64,000 bases of DNA from Octopus vulgaris (lineage: Eukaryota), in NCBI GenBank assembly GCA_951406725.2, contig OX597814.1, positions 102,052,001-102,116,000 of the forward strand. The letters run 5' to 3'. Below the pieces are notes generated by a model. It had not been told where the DNA came from. It searched no databases and saw only the letters and a list, made by a program, of their open reading frames with translations. The position numbers and the translations under genes are program-made. This document shows positions 1-12,179 of this stretch, piece after piece. How positions within the stretch are numbered: position 1 is the stretch's first letter; every line of letters begins with the position of its first letter.

Positions 1-2240
1 ATATACATATTCATTATTATATTTGGTTATTTCTTGAAAATATTTACTTCAGTGACTGCAAATTGTCAGACAGATTGTCCAATTGTTTGCCACTGTACCG
101 AAGACAAATTAAAACACTGTACAGTAACATGTACTGACAAAATTCTAACTCAAATACCCAGTTATTTTCCAGAAAATACGACATCATTAGATCTAAGTCG
201 AAACCACATTAAAAGAATTCCTCCTGATATTATTAGACATTTAAACTTATTAGAGGTGCTAAAAGTTGACGATAATCTCCTTGAATATTTACTGCCAAAC
301 ACCTTTCAAGGTTTGTGGTCTTTGAGAGAACTGTCATTGGAATACAACAGACTAATTATTAATTATTCGTCATTTCCTATAAATCTTTTCCGAAATTTAA
401 CTAAAGTGAAAATTCTAAAATTACGAGGTAACACTGTGCACGAAGACATAAAACTTATTGATAGAACCATATCTCATCTAACTGCATTGGAAGATTTATA
501 CATGACAGGTGGTCAGTACTTTACCTTTGGAGCAGGATATAAGAATTTGACAAAATTAAAATATATTAATTTTGCCTCAAAAAGAAACAATTCAGTTATT
601 AGATATATTACAAAACATGCATTTAAAAATGTTCCCAGAATAACCCATTTGAATTTAGATTATTGTCAAATAAATGTTATTAACACCGATGCATTCTCAC
701 ATTTCGAAGATCTGCAAGTCCTACGCATTTCATTTAACAATCAACGTCTGCTGTATAATATTGCACTGTGTTTCCGGTACCTAAAAAACCCAAGTAAATT
801 CCAAACATTATATTTTAGTAATATAAAATTAAATGTAGGAACTGGCATTGTTATTACCGAGCATTTTACAAAACCTTTACATAAAACTGGATTGAAGAAA
901 ATTGTTTTAAATTCAGATCATATTGAAATAATTTCTTGGAATAGCATTCTCTCCTTGCCCAACACATTGGAATACGCTTATTTGAGAAACAACCAATTAA
1001 CATACGGAGAATATATCTTTCAAATTAAGGCTTTACCCAACATTAAATTAATCGACATTAGCATGACATTATCGTATAGAAAGCTACCATTTATTCGTAG
1101 TAAATTATTCAATAGCGATATTACATACAGTTATGCAATCCCTAAAACTCTTAAAACATTCTTGCTACAAGGTTGCCACTATCAATTTCCGATACCACCA
1201 TTCCATATAAAAGATGCAAATGCAATAAGATTAATTAATGCAACGAATAATTTATTTTGTCCATGGAGTGGCCCAGTCCGAGGCTTAGAGCAATTACAAA
1301 TTCTGGATTTAAGTCACAACCAATGCACTAATATCAGTAAAGAATTCTTCACATATTTCACTGGTCTGCGACTTTTGAATATCGAAAATAACGCAATAGG
1401 AATTTCAGGTCAAGTTGCCAAAGAAGGTTTCAGCAAAGCTTTTCTAAATTTAACCAGCCTCGAAGAATTACATCTTTCAAATAACCACATTCAATATTTA
1501 TCAAACAACAGTTTGTTACAGCTGAAAAATCTCAGAATCTTAAATTTACACAACAATTTATTGAAATCTTTTGATGTAAAGATTAGTCATATGTTAAATT
1601 TATCATATTTAGATTTATCTAAAAACGTTTTACAGGAACTGTCGGAAAACACTTTTAATGCTATTGAAAAGATATCTGAACACCATAAATTCACTGTCAA
1701 CATCCAAAGCAATAATTTGAAATGTGGTTGTGCACAAATAAGATTTCTCACTTGGCTGCACAAAGTACGAAATTCAGGTCGTTTGAAAATAATGTACTCG
1801 AAATGTACTCATCCTAACGGAACAGTATGGAAGTTGAAAGGAGATCGGCTTGTTAGGATCGTAAGCTTTCTGAATCACACTTGTTCAGCCTTGATAGGGA
1901 TAATAATTGCGATAAGTTTTGGTGTTGTAATACTGATTATATTTCTAGTTGCCTCACTCATTTACCATTTTAGATGGAAGCTACAATATTTATATTACAT
2001 GATCAGAGAAAAGTATTCCTACAAACGACTCACTCCCGATGAATATATTTATGATGCATTTGTGATTTATGCCGACGAGAATCGAGATTTTGCATTAAAT
2101 TATTTGATTCCAGAATTGGAAGAAAAAGAAAACTTACGTTTGAATATTCATCATCGGGACTTCCCTGTTGGAAAATTGATAACAGAAAATATATTATCAG
2201 CAATCCAATCTAGTCGAAAATGTATTATTTTATTAAGCAG
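1..2240 (+). CDS. Toll-like receptor copy 1, exon 1 (signal peptide, LRRNT, LRRs, LRRCT, TM, N-terminal part of TIR); ATG lies 3 nt before the window
   Basis: Frame is open from position 1 (IYIFIIIFGYFLK, same as copies 2/3 after Met). Cys-rich LRRNT CPIVCHC; many LxxLxLxxN repeats; LRRCT NNLKCGC..CTHP..C; hydrophobic TM ALIGIIIAISFGVVILIIFLVASLIY; TIR box1 YDAFVIY; donor AG|GTAAGT at 2240/2241. Confidence 0.96.
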
Positions 2241-2308
2241 GTAAGTAACCCCCATTAAAATTATAGCATCCACACACACACACACACATATCTTCCTAAT
2301 TTTCAAAG

Positions 2309-2529
2309 TACGATGGGTTGCTGAAAAATTCCTGGTTTTAAGGGCATCACGAAAGGCTTGGTTGGAGGCCTAATCTTCCGAGTTCTTTAACAGAGCTTAG
2401 AAAAACTGAAGGATCGCAGCAATAAGTGTGTGAATCTGAGGGTAGAATATGTTGAATAAAATGATGCTTAACTCATCCACTTGTATTTTCTTTTAACCAC
2501 AGCCAGGAACTTTTCAGCAGCCCCTCGTT
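2309..2529 (+). mobile_element. Mariner-derived MITE in TLR intron (also 26498-26718 and 53636-53856)
   Basis: Imperfect ~29-bp TIRs TACGATGGGTTGCTGAAAAATTCCTGG / CCAGGAACTTTTCAGCAGCCCCTCGTT; internal remnant LEKLKDRSNKCVNLRVEYVE* resembles a mariner transposase C-terminus. Confidence 0.85.
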
Positions 2530-2904
2530 CAAAGCAATTATTAGCATTATTTGTATTATTAACAGATATCACATTCAACACATATTTTGAGTACTAACTA
2601 TAATATATATTCCTTTCTTTAGCATAATTTATTTTACATAAAACAAAAGAATTTAATGCATGGTTTAACTGACTCGGTAATAATTAGAAGCATTAACATC
2701 ACTTAACATTTCCGTGGGTCCGTGTTTAAAAAAAGTTTTGGATCAAGAAGGATATGTAGAGGGATTAAAAGTGTTAAAGAGTAGCAGTTGTGTAAGGGTG
2801 AGTGTGAGTTACGAAAATGTCTGCTATGTCAAACTGTACTATCTACCTCATGTTCAATATACTACATAATATTAAAAAGTATATATTATATATATACGTA
2901 GATG

Positions 2905-3523
2905 TGCGTACATGTATGTATGTATGCATGTATGTATGTATGTCATTATTCAGCTTATTTCAAGATTTCTTGCCAATAGAGAAAGAACCGGCTTCTAACC
3001 TAGATGCTTCATTGGAATTTCAACGTCGGCAAGGTATTTTTGATTGTATGTATGTATGCATGCATGTATGTATGTATGTATGTATGTATGTATGTATGTA
3101 TGTATGTTTGTATGTATGTATGTATGTATGTATGTATGTACGTATGTACGTACGTATGTATGCACGCATGCATATATGTATGTGTGTGTATGTATGTATT
3201 ATGTATCTATGTTTATATGTATGTATGTATGCATGTATGTATGCACAGCTTTGTTTTATGCATGTATTCTCATGCATAATGAGAAACTGCTGAAAAGTTT
3301 TACACATTTCTATAGTTCCAGTGAGAGATTGGATCTGTAGTCTTCAAATTAGCATGTATGTACGTACGTATGTATGCATGCATGCATATATGTATGTGTT
3401 TATGTATGTATGTATGTATGTATGTATGTATGTATGTATGTATGTATGTATGTATGTATGTATGTATGTATGTATGTATGTATGTATGTATGTATGTATG
3501 TATGTATGTATGTATGTATGTAT
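2905..3523. repeat. (TATG)n microsatellite complex in TLR intron with embedded retroelement 3' ends (also ~27095-27760 and ~54235-54920)
   Basis: Direct reading; tract lengths differ among the three copies. Confidence 0.95.
3244..3353 (-). mobile_element. Extreme 3' end of an R4/Dong-like RLE non-LTR retrotransposon
   Basis: Minus frame LI*RLQIQSLTGTIEMCKTFQQF matches the C-terminus LISTLQMQSVSGTLKLCKTFLRF of the element at 10846-12175. Confidence 0.75.
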
Positions 3524-4483
3524 GCTAATACCAAGAGATTCTTTAGGGAATAAACTCCGATATCCAACAACTAACATTATGTCCACTAATTTAAGTATTC
3601 CTGGTTTCAGATAAAAATAATAAAGTTTATACAAGTATTAAACTATTAGTGACATCTAACTTGGGTAGAATAGTTTTCTCTGACGCTTCTACTGTAAAGG
3701 GATAATCTATTTGTTCAACATGATTTTGGCAGAATTCACTCAAATAGATTACTCTTGCATTGGTGTCATTTGAAATTGCTTAGGATATTCACTCTCGTAT
3801 TACGCTACAATACAACATTGCACACAGTCCTGTATCTAATATTGCCAAAATATCTGGACAGCTTAACATTCTTAAGCTGTAATTATGATATAAAACTTGT
3901 CTTTGAAGTCCTTAGTTGCTCTTTAACAGATTCCGAAATGCCACCAATATCGTAGGTTGATTCAGAATTTTGTTGTCTCCTGATTTCCGGCAGTTTCTAC
4001 TAGTCATCATCTTTCTACTAACGTGAAAATTGCAATTAATAGACTGTTTCCACAACACATTTTACATTTACAGTAGGGAGTAACGGTCACCTACCAGGTT
4101 TCAATGGGAGTGGAAGTTAAAAAATTCAAGAATATGTCGAAATATTACATCTGAATATTTTCTATTGAACAATAGTTAAGAGTCTCTAAAACTTCGCACC
4201 TCATAGGAACTGGAACAGTTCAAATTTAGGCATATATCTTTATGCGAACGGAATTACAAAATCTACTGCACAATAAAGTGCAGCAAGTTGAGTCGTAGAA
4301 GTTTAACAAAAATATTTCTACATAATCAGCACACCGAGTACATCTGATAATATAAAATAATACTTGGGAAAATGAACATTAGGAAACTACAAATAGCAAT
4401 ATTTATTAGAAGTCCATTTGAAGAATTAAGAGACTATTTCAATACAGAATTGTTCATTGATATTTTATTATGTTCTCTTGCAG

Positions 4484-4724
4484 ATATTTTGTGGAAAGTA
4501 AATGGTGTATGTTTGAATATAACTTAGCTAAAATGGAATATATTCATACCGAAAGAAATATAGTAATTATTGTGGTACTGGAGCAGGTACCACACAGACA
4601 GCTGCCATTACCAATTCTTGAACAGATAAAGAATCAGAGTTACATTGAATTTCCAAAAGAAAATGAGATTGCTCAAGAAATGTTCTGGAAAAATCTAAAA
4701 CATTCTATACAGCTAAAAGATTAA
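4484..4724 (+). CDS. Toll-like receptor copy 1, exon 2 (C-terminal part of TIR)
   Basis: Acceptor TTCTCTTGCAG ends at 4483. The phase-2 join gives IILLSRYFVESKWCMFE, typical of TIR; box3-like FW (MFWKNL); stop TAA 4722-4724. Confidence 0.95.
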
Positions 4725-4796
4725 TGTATTTGAATTTGTTATAATTACAATTTACAGTCATCAAGAAAAGATGCTTATAATTTTAATAAGGTAGGC

Positions 4797-4802
4797 AATA
4801 AA
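4797..4802 (+). promoter_or_regulatory. Candidate polyadenylation signal AATAAA of TLR copy 1
   Basis: AATAAA about 70 nt after the stop, conserved in all three copies; usage not demonstrated. Confidence 0.4.
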
Positions 4803-5188
4803 ATATTTTGAACTTTGGAATTGTTATTTATGACTATTAAAATACTAGAATGGATATGAAAGTTAATTTGCACAAGAATTAGTAAAGATTACTTTAAGAG
4901 TGGATCGACAGATGTGAGTATCTTATTAAAATGATCAAGTTAAACTACTATTTTATGAGCTAAAGCAAACTAGCTAATTTAATTAATTACTACAGATGTT
5001 GGATATCAATAATAATGATGCAGTATATTGATATGTATTATACAATTTAATACAAATTTAATTAATGTAAAATCTTTGATCTATGTGTTGAATTTGGTGT
5101 CAGGAAGCGAGGAAAACAATGCACATGCAGAACTAGTAATAAGATTTCCTGCAGATGTAAACTTTGAATAAAAGAAACAAGATACACG

Positions 5189-5248
<60 letters not shown>

Positions 5249-5599
5249 CGTGTGTGTGTGTCAGTTAAAAATAGCGACATAAAATAATCGTTGCTTTGGT
5301 GCATTTGTCCTTGATTTTTCAACTGACTGGATATGATCTTCTGCACCAAAACGTAAATTTGTCGAACTGACTGATATATTATAATAACGACCCAATAACC
5401 AGAGATGTGACAAAAAGCCTTGCGGGCAAAGGAGAAGTTATCTATTTACAACAGGAGCCGTGTTTGTAACGAATAATAATTAGCATATTCAATCTAAATT
5501 CGATATGATATTTAGAACGCCTTGAATTTCATGACACGTACCAATTAAGGACGGACTATATCGGCTGACCGAATGAGAGTCTGCAGCGGTGGATGGCAT

Positions 5600-5645
5600 T
5601 ATCATATTACGTGATTTCACTGTTGATTGCGGATCATCAGTGATA
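5600..5645 (-). ncRNA. Degenerate minimal type I hammerhead ribozyme-like motif (also 29861-29906 and 56987-57032)
   Basis: Minus strand TATCA-CTGATGA-TCCGCAATCAACAGT-GAAA-TCACGTAA-TA-TGATA: perfect 5-bp stem I, full core, near-palindromic stem III, weak stem II. Confidence 0.55.
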
Positions 5646-5840
5646 CCCAAACTATTCTCTATATAAGTGTAGATTAAAATATATTCAGTGACATACTTAA
5701 CGTGTTTAGCAAACCCTTTACAATAGTTATTGTCACTGTACGAGTTCCCAATGACAAGCGGGGAGAGGGCGGAAAGGAAGGTAAATAAATGCCTTTGAAG
5801 ACAACAGGCCTGTACATAAGATCCTTACTGTACTTACTGT

Positions 5841-6130
5841 ACAAAGAGATCAAAGAGGGTCACGAAAGAGATCAAAGAGGGTGCCGAAAGAGATCAAAGA
5901 GGGTGCCGAAAGAGATCAAAGCACGTGCCGAAAGAGATCAAAGAGGATGCCGATTGAGATCAAAGAGGGTCCCGAAAGACATCAAAGAGGCTGCCGAAAG
6001 AGATCAAAGAGACACCCGAAAGAGATCAAAGAGGCTGCCGAAAGAGATCAAACAGGAGTCCCAAAAGAGATCAAAGAGGAGTCCCAAAAGAGATCAAAGA
6101 TGCTGCCGAAAGAGATCAAAGAGGAGTCCC
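5841..6130. repeat. 22-23-bp minisatellite, consensus ~GCCGAAAGAGATCAAAGAGGGT, block A (also 30102-30323 and 57228-57646)
   Basis: Tandem units read directly; block length differs per copy (~290, ~220, ~420 bp). Confidence 0.95.
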
Positions 6131-6681
6131 GTGTCGTGTAAGCGGTTGTGGCTACTATGATATAGTAGCGGTTGTGCCTACTATGTGCAGGTTACTTGAT
6201 ACAGGAAATTCTCGCAGGTTAAGCTTGCTGTTAACCATGGTGACGTATTCACAAACGGCGTGAAGATAAACCACAGCGAAGTTGCTGTGTATGTAGAGAT
6301 GTTGGCGTCGTGAAGATGAAGGCAACCGAGATGGAGGCAACGTTAAGATAAAGGCGACGGAGGTGGAGGTCCGGAAATACTTCTGGTAGTGTGTGTCGCT
6401 GAACTGGCTGCCACTGGAACTGGCTGTGTCACTCTGTGGTCAGTGGTCTAGAACCAAAGACGCTCGCCTCGATGAATTGCTGTGTTTTATAGTAAATGAT
6501 AGGCTCAAACGGAGCTTTAGAAAAACTGTGTCACAGGACCTTATCATAAGGCTGCGATTGGTTGGATTGCACATTGGCGCGTTATACAGCAAGAGACAAA
6601 CTGCGCCAATACCAATCAATTAGAGTAGTGGATGCAACAGGGTCCAAACGGCCGAGGGTTAGCTGTTATCTGCTACGTTCG

Positions 6682-6862
6682 TAGGGTGCCGAAAGAGATC
6701 AAAAAGGGTCCCGAAATAGGTCAAAGCGGGTCCCGAAAGAGATCAAAGAGGGTGCCGAAAGAGATCAAACAGGGTCCCGAAAGACATCAAAGAGGGTCCC
6801 GAACGAGATCAAAGAGGGTGCCGAATGAGATCAAAGAGGAGTCCCGAAAGAGATCCCGAAAG
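6682..6862. repeat. Same minisatellite, block B (also 30851-31030; absent after TLR copy 3)
   Basis: Tandem CCGAAAGAGATCAAAGAGGGT units. Confidence 0.92.
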
Positions 6863-7335
6863 ATTGCGTTTCCCTCAGGAAACAGTTCCGCAGCCATAGG
6901 ATGAATTTGATCAGATAAAATGCTTAATTAGTCTTGATTATAAATTCTGCCATGAAGGGCCAGCGGATTTCCAAGATATAGCCCCCCCAAGATCATCACA
7001 GATTCTCCACTATGTTGGAAGAAGGTAGCCTGGGTCACATGCATCTTTTGGTTGTCTCTACACGTATACTCGGCCGGTGGTTGGAAATAAGGTAAAGGAT
7101 GACTCATCCAAGAAAATAACATTCTTCCACTGCTCTAGGGACCATTTCTGTAGTTATTTACTCCACTCTAAACGCTTTGTGCAGCTCCCGGCGAACAGTT
7201 TTTGTGGAAATTGGGTTCTCGAGGTGGTCATTAAGCTCTGCAGTAATTTTGGGAGCTGAACTTTTGTGATCTTTTCTAGCAATTCGCGTAGGGGTCCGAC
7301 GGCCCCTATCTGTAAGTTTTGGATTGACACCTATT
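6860..7335 (-). mobile_element. Tc1-like transposase relic (also ~31030-31503)
   Basis: Minus frames: KLTDRGRR..KITAELNDHLENPISTKTVRRELHK (HTH), WKNVIFLDESSFTLF (first catalytic D), ESVMI, IHPMAAELFPEGNAIF; frameshifted. Confidence 0.88.
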
Positions 7336-7699
7336 ATTTTCTTCTGCCACCCTAAATTGTAGTAGGTTTTAGGTATGCATATTTTCCTTAAATTCATTCT
7401 GCCAAAAACACAGCAAATTGAAACAATGCAATTATTTTAGTCTCTTGTACTGATGAAATTTTGCTAAAAAATAATGGTTTATCCTTAATGTTGGAAATCT
7501 ATACGGTGGTCTGCTTTTGAGAAGAGCGGTTTAATTCAAACTGAAATAACGTTTTCATTGATCGATTAAATAGAGCCTTTCTCTTTTCTAGCACCATCCC
7601 TTTGTCTTAAACCCGATGTAACTTGATCCATCCTTGTCCTTCCATTCACATTCCCAATATTTTTTTATCAACAGTTCTTTGCCTATATTTACAAATGTT

Positions 7700-10630
7700 T
7701 GCAATTCTTATAGAAAGATAATAGTGACTGAAATTTGTAGCAATTTTTCATTCCCTAACCAGACGGGCATATATGAACAAGACAGCCAAAACTCAGGAGA
7801 CACAACTTTATGTATGGATGTACCTGATGAAACCTAGACTGCAAAATGGATGTATCACATGCTGATCGGAGTCCCACCCATAAAGGACATTAGAAGGATG
7901 GGCCTCAGCAACCGGTTATTCAGCAGCAAATACCGCCTGCTTTCGTTTCGCCATCTCGTCTCATTTCACCCAACCCTACCGTAGTAAAACGGGATTCACT
8001 ACAACAGACTATTACCATTACGACAGGTCAAAATCCGCTTCAACAACAACAGTCTAATATTACTACTACTACATCAGTGATATTGAATAACGATTTTCCC
8101 TCTAAGCCACATGCCAATATAGAAAACCCTCCTCCACCTCAAAAAACGAGCCGTTATCCGTTTCAAGGTATTTGTTAATTTGGCCCCAGCAGCACCACCA
8201 ACAAGGGACACTACCCTTTCTCTCATACTCCCCTATGTTGTAGTGTCTACACTTGTTAACTGCGCTTGTCCATATGGTATAAATGGAAAAAAGACTGCCT
8301 CCAGCTACTCTCCCAAATATAGAGCCCGTGTCCCTGACGCTAAACACGGATGCACAAAAGGCAACAGGTGTACGTTATTACATCCTAGGCTCTGTCAAAT
8401 TTCTCTGTCTCTAAAGATATGCCTGAATTTGGGACGTAGTTATCACCATCTGAAAGGCTGAAGACGAATGAAAAATAAACAGCAAAAGGCAAGTGCAATA
8501 AATATAAATTCAACCATATTCCATCACTTAACACGGACCAACGAAAAATCCCATCTATCAGAAGGAACTATGGGAAAATCATAACATCAAGTAATATAAA
8601 CAAGTACAATATATCACCTGATTGAATGGCTAACCAATGAGAAAATTCCCTTTTACAGTTCCACTCATATTGATATAATATGGCAGCGCTTTGAGAACAT
8701 TGTCTCTCATTCATGCTCTAAATACGCACGAAATTCACTAGCACGAACAGAAATAGGCTCCCAAGAGAGAAAAAGACACTCATAGGGAAAATCAAAAGGC
8801 TAAGAAAAATCAACCAGTTAAAATACTACCACCAACAACGTCCACTCTGAACAGCATTAAGAAGGCTTGAGTTGGGAAAACAGAATCTGCAGATCAGTAT
8901 GTAAAACCTACAACGACAATCAATGCGCTGGAGAGGAAAACTGGGTAATCGAAGGAATCAAACAGGATCCGAAAGTGTTCTATTAATATGTCAACAAGCA
9001 TAGGGCCGCTGTCTCACCAGTTGGTCCACTGACTAATGATAACAGCTGTCTTCAGCATGACGCTAAAGAAATGGCCGAACTACTGCAGGAACAATGCTGC
9101 TCTGTCTTTCGTGATCCCACAGATATTGATGCAAGGGATGTGAACGAAGTTGATCCTCAACATATTATCTCGAACACATCTTTTACTGCATCAGATATCA
9201 CAACAGCAATGAATGTAGGCCCTAATAGATTCCTCGCTAATATCCTAAATGAATGTGGACTCCAGCTTGCAATCCTACGTACCAACATCTGAAAAAATTC
9301 TTTAGACTCAGACTATATACCGCAACACTTCTTATCCCAATTTGTTATGCCGGTCTTCAAAAAGGATTAAAAAATGTCTCTCGCTATCAACTATCGTCCA
9401 AATTCCCTCACCCTCCATATCAACAATGTGTTTGAAAAGTGATGAAATTAACGATAACTGGCCTTCTGGAAAGTTACAACCTTCTACCCAGCATGACTTC
9501 TACTGCGGCAAGGACAGTCTAACACGGCCGTCACAGCATATCGACGATGTCCTTAAACACTTTGGATCATGTTCGAACTCTGATCTCAAATATCGTGACT
9601 TCAGTTAAGCGTTCGTGAGAGCCCACCACAATAACCTCCTGTGAAAATTGTCAAATACTGGAACCCGTGGAAAACTGCCAGATTGGATTGACTACTTCCT
9701 GGTGAACAAAATACATGCTGTGATCGGTGGAGTTCATTCATGCCCAGAAAGAGTCACCAGTGGTGTCGCTCCGGGGATTGTTTTGGTCCCATCTCTGCTT
9801 ATTGTCTATATAAACATCTCAAACGTCATCGAATAGAGTAAACATATTCGCAGATCACATCAAGCTCTTAAAAATTATCGAGACCGAACTGAACTTCAGA
9901 CGGATATACATGCTGCAAGCCAACTGGCAGACAAAAACAAAATGTGGTTAAATGAGAGGAAATTTGAACTTACGCTTTTTGGAAAAAGACTACGTTTAAC
10001 CTAACAGATTCTCTTCAGTCAGAGGAACCAGCCACAGCATCCTATAGTATTGAGTAATTTAAGATTGGTCTCCCCACACAAAGCAAAAGATTACAAGACT
10101 TGAGTAATCCCAGAAAACATTCACTAAAAAAATTAAGGGCATGCCTGATTTTGATTATTGGGACCACTGTGAAACATTGAAACTTTATTTACTCCAAGCT
10201 GTTGTGAGCGCTACATCTTTTGGACAATGTGGAAAATATATCACCGGCATACGACCTTAACATTAGATTCAGAATTTATCCAAGGCTGGGACCACGTGGT
10301 GTATGCCTCCTACACTATTCAGGATCACAGCACATAAATTCACTGCAACACAATTTCTTTTCCTCGATAGGTCCTGCTGTATTTTAACATTATCCCAAAA
10401 CAAATCAAAGAGGAAAAAGATACCATCACCTTCAAATGAATCGTGGACAGATTTCTTCAAGGAATAACAGATAAGCCACTTATACCTAGATACATCTCAG
10501 TCAACAACTCCTTACTTGAACGGGCAATGATAACACAAAACCTAACCAACACATGACTAAACAGATCCTATTGAGTGTTGCTATTAATTTAGACATGCTC
10601 TGGGCCAATCTTTGGCTGAAACATATCGAA
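7700..10630 (+). mobile_element. Decayed CR1/Jockey-group LINE (also ~31870-34800)
   Basis: ORF1-like Cys/His motifs (CPYGINGK..GCTKGNRCTLLHPRLC..YHHLKG); RT remnants (RDFS*AF, VTSGVAPGIVLVPSL); ends at a (TATC)n tract; many stops; boundaries approximate. Confidence 0.75.
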
Positions 10631-10700
10631 GTTATCTATCTATTTATGTAGCTATCTAGCTATCTGTCTGTTTGTCTGCTTGTCTATCTATCTATCTATA

Positions 10701-10735
<35 letters not shown>

Positions 10736-10845
10736 ATCTTTCTTTTCTGACAGTCTGTCCGTATGTATGTATGTATGTATGTATGTATGTATGTATGTAT
10801 GTATGTATGTATGTATGTATGTATGTATGTATGTATGTATGTATG

Positions 10846-12175
10846 AATGTAGGCTTGTGTGTATGTAAGACTCTTCCGTACTTAATTATTTAGATTCTTC
10901 CTCTGAAAAATGTTGATAACGAAAACAATGTCACATATTAAATCTGAGAAATGTCTTGCATAGTTTTAGTGTTCCGCTTACAGACTGCATTTGCAATGTG
11001 GAAATAAGTTGGTTGATTGCTTTTTCTAAAACACCAAGCTTATCCAGACTTACAGTTAGTTATTGGTATAAATATAAATTTGCATTCCGGATATAGAAGC
11101 TGGAAGTTTCGAAGCAGTTTTCCGTAGTTAGCTTCTTTGTCTTTCATTTTCAAAGAGATATTCACATCAGCAGGACAGCTAGTCTCTATGACGGAACATA
11201 CTTTTTCTTGTCTGTTCCAAACAACAATATCCGGCATGTTATGCTTGCAATTGACAGATGTTTTGACGGGTATGTTCCGCCAGTATTCCTTATGTTGATA
11301 TTTGTGTACGTATTCAATAACAGAGGGATTCTCTACATTTGTTCCAGGACAATCTTGTTTTTCCAATGGCATTTTTAGCAATATTCTTATGTTTCATAGA
11401 GAGGCTGTACCTTGGTGACATTTTTTGGACAGCCGCTAATCACATGTGTGGTGTCTTACACAAAAATATAACATTATTTACATTTAAGCTGATTCTTGGA
11501 ACTCCAAAGGCCTCACTGTCTCTTTTGTTGATGAAGTATTTAGTAGTGATCTCCTGTTCTCGATTGCAAATGAAGAGCCTTTGAAGTGTTATGTAATGTA
11601 GCAGTCACTAGTTCAAGAGAGATTTCGCTTCACGTTTATGTTCCTATCTTCTTCAAGTAAACGAGAAACATACCCATACATAGTCGTTTTTCTTGGTATG
11701 CTGAGCATTTCACCTCCAGGTCTTCTTTGAGGTATGTTAGTCCAGCTGATTTGGGGTTGCATGGGAGGTCATTAGGACTAGGAGCTCACTTCCAACACGT
11801 AGGATATTGTTTTCTTCACTTTTCAGCATTTAGTTAATGTATATATTTTTGTTGCAGTTGTTGTTTAACAAGTGCTGTCTGAGACATTTAAAGGCTCTCT
11901 ACACTGAGCTAAAGCCTCTACTTCCTTTGTCTCTTCTTAGGTAGAACTTGTCGATATCACTATTTTTGTTTTGTTAAGATTTCCAAATGAAGTTAGATTC
12001 TTGAGGGTTAAAATGTCTATGGAGTGGATTTCTACTTCAGACCAGTCGATTATCTCAAATGTTGGAAACAGTACAGGTACTGCTAATGCGCTGTGAGATA
12101 TTGTCTTGTTGTAAAAGGAGAGTTCAGACTACCATATTTGTTTTAATCTGGTTTAATATTCTTGGATAACGCACA
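10846..12175 (-). mobile_element. 5'-truncated R4/Dong-like RLE retrotransposon (also ~35024-36344)
   Basis: Thumb-like NKTISHSALAVPVLFPTF..IDW; REL domain KHNMPDIVVWNRQEKVCSVIETSCPADVNISLK..KEANYGKL; 3' end runs into (CATA)n. Confidence 0.85.
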
Positions 12176-12179
12176 TTTT

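Noticed and set aside
2241-2244. TLRs truncated within the TIR at SR*
   Set aside because: The TAA is part of the GTAAG splice donor; there is no evidence for intron-retained isoforms from sequence alone
2817-3634. Many ORFs of MYVC / HTYI / YIYI type here and at 20795-23121, 27006-27870, 46997-50326 and 54314-55028
   Set aside because: Translations of (TATG)n, (TA)n and (CA)n microsatellites; no coding signal
3627-3722. Minus-strand peptide DYPFTVEASEKTILPKL, faintly cadherin-like, in the TLR intron
   Set aside because: Too short, flanked by stops, and lacks the DRE/DxNDN calcium motifs; compatible with chance
4470-4724. Stand-alone 84-aa TIR-only gene (also 28706 and 55855)
   Set aside because: The ATG lies in the intron's polypyrimidine tract; canonical GT-AG splicing joins it in frame to exon 1
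5789-6904. Repetitive KEIKEGAERDQRG ORFs, or a CRISPR-like array
   Set aside because: Contiguous 22-23-bp minisatellite without unique spacers; frame and length are not conserved among copies; eukaryotic context, no cas genes
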